Position numbers and translations under genes: made by a program
In this document: positions 1 to 8,420 of the stretch, one piece after another
Position numbering within the stretch: the stretch's first letter is position 1
How the letters are laid out: every line of letters starts with the position of its first letter
Assembly: GCA_044376115.1 (NCBI GenBank)
Contig: JBILLK010000007.1
Coordinates: forward strand, 1-64,000
Direction: 5' to 3'
Source: Polyangiaceae bacterium
GTDB taxonomy: Bacteria; Myxococcota_A; Polyangia; Polyangiales; Polyangiaceae
DNA: 64,000 bases
The notes under the pieces: model-generated
Told to the model about the DNA's origin: nothing
Seen by the model: the letters and a program-made list of their open reading frames with translations, nothing else
Database searches by the model: none

Positions 1-164
1 CCTCGAGTGCGCGGGGCCCCGCGCCAGCGCGGGGCAAGCACGAGAGGCCCACTCGCGCTGAGCGACCTGTTTCGAAGCGGCCACGCCCCGGAGCGACCCC
101 TCGGGCCGCCCCACCGCGTTCGAAGCGGCCACGCCCCGGAGCGACCCCCTCGGGCCGCCCCCAC
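1..164. repeat. REP-like GC-rich hairpin plus two ~45-bp direct repeats
   Basis: GCCCCGCGC-CA-GCGCGGGGC inverted repeat at 16-35 sits inside an imperfect outer stem (1-10/38-47). TTCGAAGCGGCCACGCCCCGGAGCGACCCC(C)TCGGGCCGCCCC(C)AC occurs at 71-114 and 119-164. Confidence 0.75.
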
Positions 165-175
165 GCATCGATGCT

Positions 176-811
176 TCAATCAGCGACGAAGCCGACTTTG
201 CTGTGGGTTCCGTCGCAGTAGGGTTTGTTGGCGGATTGGCCGCACCGGCAGAGGGCGGTTTTTGTTACGCGGTTGATGGTGCGACCGGTGCCGGTGCAGA
301 TTTCGAGCGGGCCGTTGACGAGCAGGGGGCCGTTCTTGGCGCAGCTGATGGTGAGTTCGCCGTTGCGGCTGGCGAGCGGTGTGGAGTCTTGGGTGTCGGG
401 CTCGCCGCTGGCCTTGAAGCCAGCTGCGGTGTGGCTCGCGTCGCAGTAGGGCTTGTTCTTCGAGGCACCGCAGCGGCAGAGGGTGGCGCGGAAGCTCTTG
501 GGTTGGCCGGGGAGGTTGAGATCGGCGTGGATTGCAATCGGGCCGTTTTCACGCAACCGCGCGACGTTGACGTGCGGCGCGGCCTCATTGGCGCCGCCGT
601 CGGTTCGCTCGTAGGCGATGGCACCCGAAGGGCAGGCGAGGGCGAGCGCGGCGATCTCTTCGGGCGTGGCGTTGTCGGGGTGGATCCATTCGCCTTGGAC
701 GTTGGGCACGAACACGTCCGGCCGACCGAGCACGCACTGGCGCGAGTGGATGCACTTGGCGCCGTCGAAGTGGAGGGTGACCTGTTTGCCCGCGACCGTT
801 TCTTTGCTCAT
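176..811 (-). CDS. CDGSH iron-sulfur protein (N-terminal divergent 4Fe-4S ferredoxin domain plus two CDGSH domains)
   Basis: CIHSRQC...CPSGAI ferredoxin-like motif; LCRCGASKNKPYCDASH and LCRCGQSANKPYCDGTH CDGSH motifs. Start set at ATG 811. Confidence 0.9.
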   Translation of the reverse strand: MSKETVAGKQVTLHFDGAKCIHSRQCVLGRPDVFVPNVQGEWIHPDNATPEEIAALALACPSGAIAYERTDGGANEAAPHVNVARLRENGPIAIHADLNLPGQPKSFRATLCRCGASKNKPYCDASHTAAGFKASGEPDTQDSTPLASRNGELTISCAKNGPLLVNGPLEICTGTGRTINRVTKTALCRCGQSANKPYCDGTHSKVGFVAD

Positions 812-949
812 GGCGTGGCATGCTAGCGCACTCGTTGGACGGTTCACCAATCGGCGACGAGCGGGCTAGGCGAGCGTGGGTTGGGTTTCTCATGCGCTAG
901 GCAGTCCCGTTCGGGAACTCTCGCCCGACCGGGGTGTCGGTGTCGCGCC

Positions 950-2131
950 ATGCGTTCTTTCCGTTCCCTTGCTAGCTTCGTCCTGGCCTGCGCGTGGCTG
1001 GGTTGCGCACGCGCACCTGTCTTGGTCCAGGCGGAGGAGCGGCCCGCGCTGGGCGCTCGCATCGAGGCGCCAGCGAGGGAAAAGGTAGGCCCATTCGTCC
1101 CGTCCAATGCGACGCCTGGAGCGGTCGTGCCGCTCCCCGCTGGTCCGAACAAGCAGGAGTGGGAAGACCCACCGTTTGACACTCCCCCGAGCGACGTGAA
1201 GTGCGTTCTCCGAGGCTCCTCCTTGCCCTTCCCGAGCGACTCGTGTGAGTCGCCATGGATCACGGTCTTGTCAGCGAGCGGGGCGCCGCTGATGCGACTC
1301 GCCATGTTCCAGCTCCCGGTCGTGTGGGGCATCCGAGGTCGCGGGGAACGCGCCTGGATCCACGCCCGAGAGGAAGAGTTCGCTGTCACCGGCTTCGCGA
1401 GTCTCGACGACGTGAAGCTCCACCTCCTCGAGAAGACTCCGCTGCTCGCAGACCACGTGTGGGCGCGCGCCGACGCCCCGGTCCAGATCCAGGGTGCAAC
1501 AGCCTCGGGCGCGCTCACCGTGAGCGTCGTCGACCTCCCGGGGATCGACAAGCTCCGAGTCGACGTCCCCTGTGACGGGGTCTCATTCGACCCCGCCGAC
1601 CCCACTCCTCTCGTACCTCCGCCCCTCTCGCAGGAAGAGCGCGTCTGGCCGAGGGGTGACGCGCTCACGCTGCGAGGTTCGCCGGGGGGCCCTTCCATAC
1701 TCGAGGTCTCCAAGCTCGCGCGGCTCGGGGTCGATCTAGAGGTTCGCGAAAGAAGAGACGGCGCGACCAGGATCACGTTCGAGACGCGGGCGACGCAGAT
1801 CGACGCCTGGGTGAAAGAGACCGATCTCTCGCCGTGGCCGCGCCGCGAGCACCATATCGGGCGTTCCTGCCGCGACTCGGGAGGGAAGGTGTCGGGCGGT
1901 GGGCAGGTGAGAGTTGCCACCGTCCTCGAGTCCGTTTGGTCGCGCGTCGGGGTCAGTCCCGAACGTGGGGCTCCAGCCGTGCGGATTGGCGTCGGGGCGA
2001 AGATGAGCGTCGGTGAAGTGCGCGGTGGATTCGTCGAGTGCCTCTACACCGCACGGTTGCGTATGGTTGGAGACAATCGGCTCTGGATCCCCAGAGAGGC
2101 GCTCGGTGCGATCGAGGTGATAAAGGACTGA
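950..2131 (+). CDS. hypothetical lipoprotein
   Basis: Long ORF; signal-like N-terminus MRSFRSLASFVLACAWLGC. Confidence 0.65.
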   Translation: MRSFRSLASFVLACAWLGCARAPVLVQAEERPALGARIEAPAREKVGPFVPSNATPGAVVPLPAGPNKQEWEDPPFDTPPSDVKCVLRGSSLPFPSDSCESPWITVLSASGAPLMRLAMFQLPVVWGIRGRGERAWIHAREEEFAVTGFASLDDVKLHLLEKTPLLADHVWARADAPVQIQGATASGALTVSVVDLPGIDKLRVDVPCDGVSFDPADPTPLVPPPLSQEERVWPRGDALTLRGSPGGPSILEVSKLARLGVDLEVRERRDGATRITFETRATQIDAWVKETDLSPWPRREHHIGRSCRDSGGKVSGGGQVRVATVLESVWSRVGVSPERGAPAVRIGVGAKMSVGEVRGGFVECLYTARLRMVGDNRLWIPREALGAIEVIKD

Positions 2132-2158
2132 GCGCTTCGCTCCGTACACGATCTCGCT

Positions 2159-2620
2159 CTATCGAAAGGGCCCTTCGGCGCCCAATTGAGCGCCAGCGCC
2201 GAGGCACTCGTTTTGGCCGGACTCCCTGCAGGTCCCGAAGGCGCCGTGAGGCGAGCCAGAAGACTCGTCCGAGGTCGCTTGCCCATCCGCGCAGGTTTGT
2301 CCGTCTACCCAGGCGGCGAGGGGCGGCAAGCTCTTGGTGGCACGCAGTTCGTTGATCTTGTCGATGCAGATTTGTCGCTCGGCGGCGTAGGGATCGGCCA
2401 TCGAGTTGCCGGTGGTGGGCGCGCCGCCGCTGGGGTTGCCGCCAGCTTCCAGCGTGCCACCGGCGCTGTTGGTACTGCCGCCGTCACTGCTCGAGCTGCC
2501 CGCGCCGTTGCCATTCCCGCCGTTTCCGCCGCCGCCCGGACCGTCTGTGCTGGAGGCGCCGTCATCGCCACATGCGCTCGTAACTACCAACAGCAGCACC
2601 ACGCCGAGGGAATAGTTCAT
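2159..2620 (-). pseudogene. lipoprotein with C-terminally truncated CAP/SCP-like domain
   Basis: Lipobox VTSAC, Gly-rich linker, then CIDKINELRATKSLPPL...HGAFG..ESGQNEC (first half of a CAP domain). Stops about 14 codons later, just before a convergent gene. Confidence 0.55.
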
Positions 2621-2703
2621 GAGTCTGAGAGGAGCTGGCTCGCGGCGTTCGGTCAAGCTCGCTCGCGCCTGGCGCGGTCCTGCCACTTTGTGCGCTCGCC
2701 CTG

Positions 2704-4461
2704 TCACTGCATCGCTTTGCGGGTAACGTCGAGGCCGCGCGTTCGCAGCCAGCGTCGGGCGCGCGTGATCTCGCGCTGTAACTCGGATGGAGGGGGAGAG
2801 GGCAGGGCGTTTTGCGCGGCGTCGTTCTCCCACAAGTCCGTCGTGCCGAATACGTAAAGGTTGTTCTCTGCGACCCCAGTGAACGACTCGACCGGAATGG
2901 TCGCGATGCAGCTCTGATCGACCGTCGCGTTGGGATCGCCGAGGAAGCTCAGCATGAGCGAGAGGCCACACGGCTGATCTCCGGGTTGCGCGACCGGCGT
3001 GGAGACAGCGACGCAATGAGCCGAACGCGGCACGAGCACGAACTGCTGATTGGCTGCGTTCAATTGCTCGCCCGCTGGAGCAGCCACCCAGATCGGCGTC
3101 TGTGGATCGAGATCGCCGTTCATCATCAGGATGGGGATACTTGTCTCGGCCCATTGGTCGACAAAGACGTCATCGGGGTAGGCTGGCCAAAGGTCTTGCA
3201 CCGCCGTGACACGCGGGCTGAGGCCCGTAGTGACCTGCAAGCCAGCCTCGATCAGGTCGATATCTTCTGGCGACGGATGCTCGGGCGCGTTGGGCCAGAG
3301 CTCCGACAGGGCCACGTTGTAGAACAGCGCATCGGACGAAAGCTCGTCGTAGTAGCTGGTCTCCTGCGGTCCGCCGAAGAAGACGGTCAGCAGCTTGTCG
3401 ATTGCCGCGACGTCCCCTGGCTCGCAGCGCGCGTAGCGATAAACCACCGCGGGCATGTAGGTGCGCGCAACCGAGCTCATGAGCAGGCTCGCGAGCACGA
3501 CCGGCAAGGTCGATGCGTCGAGGCCCCAGTTCGCGGTGAGCTCGGGGCAATGGCCGCCCTGGAGGGCGGTGGACAGATCGACGAGCGCAGCCCACGGATC
3601 GCTGCCGATCTTCTCGGAGCACAGTGCGTCTGCACCACAGAGCGCCATGAAGTCTTGCGCCACTTGATCGAAGTCTGCGTCGTAGGCCACGAACGATTCA
3701 CCCGGCGGCGCAATCGAGTCGAGAATGACGGCCGTTGCCTGATCCGGCGCGATTTGCAAATAGCGGTGCGCCCAATAGGTGCCGTACGAGACGCCATACA
3801 CGAAGACGTCTTTGGAAGGCTCCGCCGTGACCTCGATCAGTCGCGCGAGATCGCGTGCCGCCGCCGTGCTGGTGAACTCCGCGAGGTCTTCGCCCCACGT
3901 CTCGATCAGCGCATCCCGGCAAGCCGCCGCCTCTTCAGGGGCGACGCTGGTGCCCCATTCACTTGCGGGCGACTCTTGCTGAGGACAGCTGAGCCGCGCC
4001 GAGCGACCCACGCCGCGATGATCGACGGCGTACAGATCGAGCGTCGGATCGAGGTCCTGCATTGCCTCCATGAACGAGTCGAAGTCGGCGCCGGAGCCGC
4101 CCGGCCCGCCCTCGAGAAGCCAGAGCTGGCCGCGCACGTTGTCCGCTGTGCCGCGCAGGCGCTGTACGAAGATGCCGATCGTTGGGCCGGTTGCTTCCTC
4201 CCAGCGCAGCGGCACGTCGATCCATGCGCACTCGGCCTTGGGACCGTCGGGTTGGTCGACGTAGAGCGGGCACTCATCCCATTCGATGCCGCTCGTCGGA
4301 GGTGCGCCAGCGTCGCCGCCGTTACCGCCGCCACCGGGCTCTGGCGCGCCGCCAGCGCCTCCCATCGGCTCGGGCTCGGGTTCGACCGAGACGTCGCAAC
4401 CGAGCGCGATGGCGCTGCACAAGGTTAGCGAAAGCCCGAGGGAGATGAGGCGAAGGCCCAT
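2704..4461 (-). CDS. secreted alpha/beta hydrolase (TAP-like peptidase family) lipoprotein
   Basis: GGPGGSG oxyanion region, DHRGVGRS, GVSYG nucleophile elbow, GDLDPQTP, AH; lipobox IALGC. Confidence 0.88.
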   Translation of the reverse strand: MGLRLISLGLSLTLCSAIALGCDVSVEPEPEPMGGAGGAPEPGGGGNGGDAGAPPTSGIEWDECPLYVDQPDGPKAECAWIDVPLRWEEATGPTIGIFVQRLRGTADNVRGQLWLLEGGPGGSGADFDSFMEAMQDLDPTLDLYAVDHRGVGRSARLSCPQQESPASEWGTSVAPEEAAACRDALIETWGEDLAEFTSTAAARDLARLIEVTAEPSKDVFVYGVSYGTYWAHRYLQIAPDQATAVILDSIAPPGESFVAYDADFDQVAQDFMALCGADALCSEKIGSDPWAALVDLSTALQGGHCPELTANWGLDASTLPVVLASLLMSSVARTYMPAVVYRYARCEPGDVAAIDKLLTVFFGGPQETSYYDELSSDALFYNVALSELWPNAPEHPSPEDIDLIEAGLQVTTGLSPRVTAVQDLWPAYPDDVFVDQWAETSIPILMMNGDLDPQTPIWVAAPAGEQLNAANQQFVLVPRSAHCVAVSTPVAQPGDQPCGLSLMLSFLGDPNATVDQSCIATIPVESFTGVAENNLYVFGTTDLWENDAAQNALPSPPPSELQREITRARRWLRTRGLDVTRKAMQ

Positions 4462-4628
4462 GGGACGGGCAAAAAGGCAAGCAGCATGCCGAGCGATCAG
4501 ACCAGCAATATCAAGCCAGTCGCGCGCTAGCGCTGCTCACCGTCAATTCGGTAACAGACGCTCACCGGTGGAGCCTCGGCCGCGCAGGTCGGACCGAACT
4601 TCGTCGCTTGAGGTACGTTGGCGGGGCC

Positions 4629-5069
4629 ATGGCCATGCCCGACTACGCGACCGTCGCAGCCTACATCGCAGCCCAAACCGACGCCGCGCGCCCACGGCTC
4701 ACCCGCATGCGGAACGTGATTCGGAAGACCGTACCGCGTGCGGTCGAGAGCATCTCCTACAAGATCCCGACCTATAAATTGCACGGAAGGGCGCTCGTTT
4801 TCTTCGCGGCATGGAAGGAGCACCTCTCGCTCTACCCGGCGTCGTCGCGCGTGTTCGAAGAGATCCCCGAGCTCTCGGCCTTCAAGCAGGCCAAGGACAC
4901 CGTGCGCTTCCGGAACGATGCGCCGCTGCCTGTGCACCTCGTCGCGCGGTTCGCGAAGGTCCGCGAACTCGAACTCGATGCTGAGCAAGCGCTCGCGCGG
5001 CCCACGAAGCCCGTCGCGAAGAAGCCAGCCGTGAAGAAGCCAGCCGTGAAGAAGCCCCGCGCGAGATGA
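4629..5069 (+). CDS. DUF1801/YdhG-like protein with basic KKPAV tail
   Basis: TVAAYIAAQ...ESISYKIPTY...FAAWKEHLSLYP...TVRF pattern; C-terminal KKPAVKKPAVKKP. Confidence 0.8.
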   Translation: MAMPDYATVAAYIAAQTDAARPRLTRMRNVIRKTVPRAVESISYKIPTYKLHGRALVFFAAWKEHLSLYPASSRVFEEIPELSAFKQAKDTVRFRNDAPLPVHLVARFAKVRELELDAEQALARPTKPVAKKPAVKKPAVKKPRAR

Positions 5070-5087
5070 CGTGCGGCGAGCGGGGCT

Positions 5088-5324
5088 TCAGTCATCCCCA
5101 CGCAGCGCCGCGAGGGCGGCTTTGATCCTGCGTTGCTCCGCCTTGGACCTGGGCGCATCGAGGACCCCGCGGTCGCTCGGCTTCGCGCGGCCGGACCGCA
5201 GCTCGAGCAGGCCGATGACCAAACCGACTCCAGCAAATAGCAGCGCCAGTAACTCGATCGGTCCAAAGGTGAAGGGCCCCTTGGCCGTGCAAACCGACGG
5301 ACTCATCGGCAGATAGCGCATCAC
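5088..5324 (-). CDS. small hypothetical membrane protein (possibly a frameshifted remnant)
   Basis: One hydrophobic helix (IELLALLFAGVGLVIGLL). A second hydrophobic stretch lies just upstream in another frame. Confidence 0.35.
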   Translation of the reverse strand: MMRYLPMSPSVCTAKGPFTFGPIELLALLFAGVGLVIGLLELRSGRAKPSDRGVLDAPRSKAEQRRIKAALAALRGDD

Positions 5325-5417
5325 GCCAAAGCAAGGCGCAGAGGATGCTCAACGCGAGCGCGGCGAGCAGGCAGCCAACGCAGAAGGTCGTTGAAAGGAC
5401 GGTGGTTGGAACTAGTT

Positions 5418-6557
5418 CTACTTGTTGATCCACTCAGCCTCGCCCGCCAGCGTTTGAGCGTTGTTTGAGGCGAGCCAGGCCTCTCCCGCTGCGCTGTTCA
5501 AGAGCTTGGCGTCGAGGAAGGCGCGCACGCCCGACGAGAGCGCGCGAGAGAGCCGAACGAGTCGCTCGTCACTCGAGTCCTGGTCCTCCAAGTTGAACGA
5601 CGGGTGCCCGCCGACATCGGTGAGGGTGGAGTAAAGCAGCCAACGTTGCCCATCGGCAGGTTGCCGCTCGAAGGCGATGCGACGATCGGCGCCGCTGACG
5701 TCGGGCTTGCTGGCCTTGAGGTCGTTGTCGCCGGTGGCCATGAAGACCGGCGCACGCATGTCCTCCCAAGTGTTGCCGTCCGCTTCATCGAAGAAGCCTG
5801 CGTAGCCTGGACCCATCGGGCTCAAAGCGACGGCGGCGCGCGGTAGGTCATGCGTCAGCGTGATGGGCTCGAGGTTGGGCAGCGCTTGAAAGCGAGCTCC
5901 GTGCGTGACGATGGGGGCGCGTGCTCCAGCCGACCAACCGGCGACGGCGACCTTGTCGAGATCGATGGCAGGTCCGCCTGCCTCGACGCTGGCCTCGGAA
6001 AGCTGCGGCAATCGGTCGAGCACGGCGATCACATCGAGCGTCTTGACCAGGGCGATTAGCCCGTTGTCGTCCTCGTCACTGGCCGCATCAACGGTGCAGT
6101 CGGCGGCCGGAACACTGCCGAGCTCGCACAGCGCCGCCGCCGAGTCGAGGGTGGGCGGGACATGGGCGATATGGAGCACTGCGTAGCCGTGCTCCGCGAG
6201 CGTCGTGCCCCATTCAACGGCCTGCTTGTGCCCGGCCTGACTGAAGCCGCCACCGTGCGACCACACCACCAAAGGGAATGGCCCTTCGCCCTCCGGGATC
6301 CGCACCAGCAGCGGTAGCTCGCGGCCGGTCTTGTTGTCGGTGATCGCGATGCCTTCTTGCTTGGTCGCCGTGAGCCCAGGGGAGGGGTAGTCGCAAGCGT
6401 TGAGATTCTCCGCTTCACATTGCGAGTTTGCGCCTCCACCACCGCTAGGCCCTGAAGCGCCCGAGCCTGCCGCCCCGCTTCCGCTACTGTCCCCACAGGC
6501 GCTGGCCATCAGCAGTGACAACGCCAGTCCAACCCCCGCATCGATCGATCTTTGCAC
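5418..6557 (-). CDS. alpha/beta hydrolase lipoprotein (dienelactone hydrolase/chlorophyllase-like)
   Basis: PLVVWSHGGG, GWSAG nucleophile motif, TGDND, GH; lipobox MASAC. Confidence 0.8.
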   Translation of the reverse strand: MQRSIDAGVGLALSLLMASACGDSSGSGAAGSGASGPSGGGGANSQCEAENLNACDYPSPGLTATKQEGIAITDNKTGRELPLLVRIPEGEGPFPLVVWSHGGGFSQAGHKQAVEWGTTLAEHGYAVLHIAHVPPTLDSAAALCELGSVPAADCTVDAASDEDDNGLIALVKTLDVIAVLDRLPQLSEASVEAGGPAIDLDKVAVAGWSAGARAPIVTHGARFQALPNLEPITLTHDLPRAAVALSPMGPGYAGFFDEADGNTWEDMRAPVFMATGDNDLKASKPDVSGADRRIAFERQPADGQRWLLYSTLTDVGGHPSFNLEDQDSSDERLVRLSRALSSGVRAFLDAKLLNSAAGEAWLASNNAQTLAGEAEWINK

Positions 6558-6662
6558 CGAGGCATGATGCGGGGAGTCGAGTCGGTTGGCAATTGTGCCG
6601 CGGCGGCTGAGCGATGAGTGAACGTGCCGCAACGACTCTGCGCGAGCCTCGTCGAAGAACCC

Positions 6663-8396
6663 CTATGTCGCTCTGCTGAGGCTTTGATCGGCCCAGGCGC
6701 TAACGGCAGCTGCGAGCGGCCGCGAGGCGAACAGCCCGTCCAGATGCGCGAGCAACGGCTCGCTGGTTAGGCCTCCGCGGTAGCCGACGTACCCATCCGG
6801 TCGAACGAGGTAGAGCGCGCCTGCGCGCGCGCCGTAGCGGTCATGCAAGCTGAGCGTTGGATCGGCGAGCCGCTCGCAGTGCACGTCGACCTTGGCGCTA
6901 TCGGGGGCAATCAGCAGCGTCTCAATCAACTCGCCGAAGGCCCGGCGCAGCTGCGCGTTGAGCCGCACCAGCGCGGCTTCGGCCTCGGGGGTCGGGTTTG
7001 CACCAAGGAAGACCAGCAACGAATGTAGCGGCCTGCCGAGGGCCTTGGTGAACCGCAGGCCGCTCGGCGTGGCATCTCCCTCGGGTGCGCGCTCACCAGG
7101 TTGCGGCGCGCCTGAGCGCGGCCAAGGCGCAAACAAGCTCATCGCGCTGCGCAGCTCAGCTTGGGCCTTGCTGGCGGCCGAGCTATTCGCTTCCACCACC
7201 AGCGCGCTGCGCGGGTAGGAAACTCCGAGCCCGCTGCACAAGTTCGCCGCGACCGCGCCCAAGGCCTCGATTCGAGAAACGAGCGTGGCTGCGCGGTCTC
7301 TCGCCCCGGCGACCCAAGGGTTTTGTACACGCGACGTGCGGTGGATCATGTCGGTGTGGAAGAGCACTGCACGCGCCACTCTCCGGCGCTCCGCTGCGTA
7401 GCTATCGAGCAGGGCTGCTCCGGCGGTGCCGCGGCAAACTAGATCGAGCTTCCAGCCAAGGTTCCAGGCGTCGTGAATGCCGAGGTTCATGCCCTGACCA
7501 AGCAGCGGGCTGCAGGTGTGGGCTGCGTCTCCTGCGTAGAAAACGCGACCGCACCGATAGTTCGGCACGAGCCGCCTTTGGATGCGAAACGTGGTGAGCA
7601 TGGTTGGCTCGTACAAGCGGGCTGGCAGCTGCGCTCGGCGTTCAAGCACCGAAGCGATCAGCTCGAGCGACGGCGCTTGAGCGTCGCCCTCGTCCATATC
7701 GAAAAGGATGCGGCAGCGTTGCGTCTTGCCCGGTAGCGCAACGACGTTGAAGAAGCCTCCCTGCGTCATGAACAGGTGCACTTCATCGTGCGGCAATTGC
7801 CAATCGAGGCCGACGTCGGCAACCAGATAGCGGCTCGCGTAGGTGTGTCCCTCGAAGGGCGAACCGCTGAGCGAACGCACCGTGCTGCCCACGCCGTCAC
7901 AGCCGACGACGAAGCGAGCGCTGGTCCGTGCTGTTCGCGTTGGGTCGGCGCAATCGCGCAGCAGTAGGTCTACGCCGGAATCCCGCTGGGTTAGCTCAGC
8001 CAGCTCCACCCCGCGCTCGACGCGCCCTCCGAGCTGCTCAACCCGGTCCTCCAACATTTGCTCGAGCTCGCCTTGCGGCAGCGCGATCGTGAACGGAAAA
8101 CGCGAGTTGATGCAACCGAGGTTGAGGCGACAAACGCGCCGTCCGCCGCTGAAGGCGTTGAAGGTGCGCACCTGCTTGCCGCGCGCGAGGATCTGCTCGG
8201 TCACTCCCATCGCGTCGAGGATCTCGAGCGAGCGGGCGTGAATGTCGGTGGCGCGTGAGTTTGGCGAGCGTTCAACCGACCGTTCGACGATGCGCACGCT
8301 CGTGCCGCGGCGCAAGAGCTCGATGGCGAGCACCAGCCCGGTGGGCCCCGCGCCCACCACCACTACCTCACTCGCCTGCTGCGAAAGACCGCTCAT
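6663..8396 (-). CDS. FAD-dependent aromatic monooxygenase (PheA/TfdB family)
   Basis: VVVVGAGPTG, VGCDG, AGDAAH..SPLLGQGMNLGIHDA, and a C-terminal thioredoxin-like LVRPDGYVG. Confidence 0.92.
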   Translation of the reverse strand: MSGLSQQASEVVVVGAGPTGLVLAIELLRRGTSVRIVERSVERSPNSRATDIHARSLEILDAMGVTEQILARGKQVRTFNAFSGGRRVCRLNLGCINSRFPFTIALPQGELEQMLEDRVEQLGGRVERGVELAELTQRDSGVDLLLRDCADPTRTARTSARFVVGCDGVGSTVRSLSGSPFEGHTYASRYLVADVGLDWQLPHDEVHLFMTQGGFFNVVALPGKTQRCRILFDMDEGDAQAPSLELIASVLERRAQLPARLYEPTMLTTFRIQRRLVPNYRCGRVFYAGDAAHTCSPLLGQGMNLGIHDAWNLGWKLDLVCRGTAGAALLDSYAAERRRVARAVLFHTDMIHRTSRVQNPWVAGARDRAATLVSRIEALGAVAANLCSGLGVSYPRSALVVEANSSAASKAQAELRSAMSLFAPWPRSGAPQPGERAPEGDATPSGLRFTKALGRPLHSLLVFLGANPTPEAEAALVRLNAQLRRAFGELIETLLIAPDSAKVDVHCERLADPTLSLHDRYGARAGALYLVRPDGYVGYRGGLTSEPLLAHLDGLFASRPLAAAVSAWADQSLSRAT

Positions 8397-8420
8397 ACCT
8401 CGCTGCCGACCACCGCCATG

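Noticed and set aside
6663..8396. Specific call as rifampicin or pentachlorophenol monooxygenase
   Set aside because: Only family-level motifs are visible; substrate cannot be assigned.
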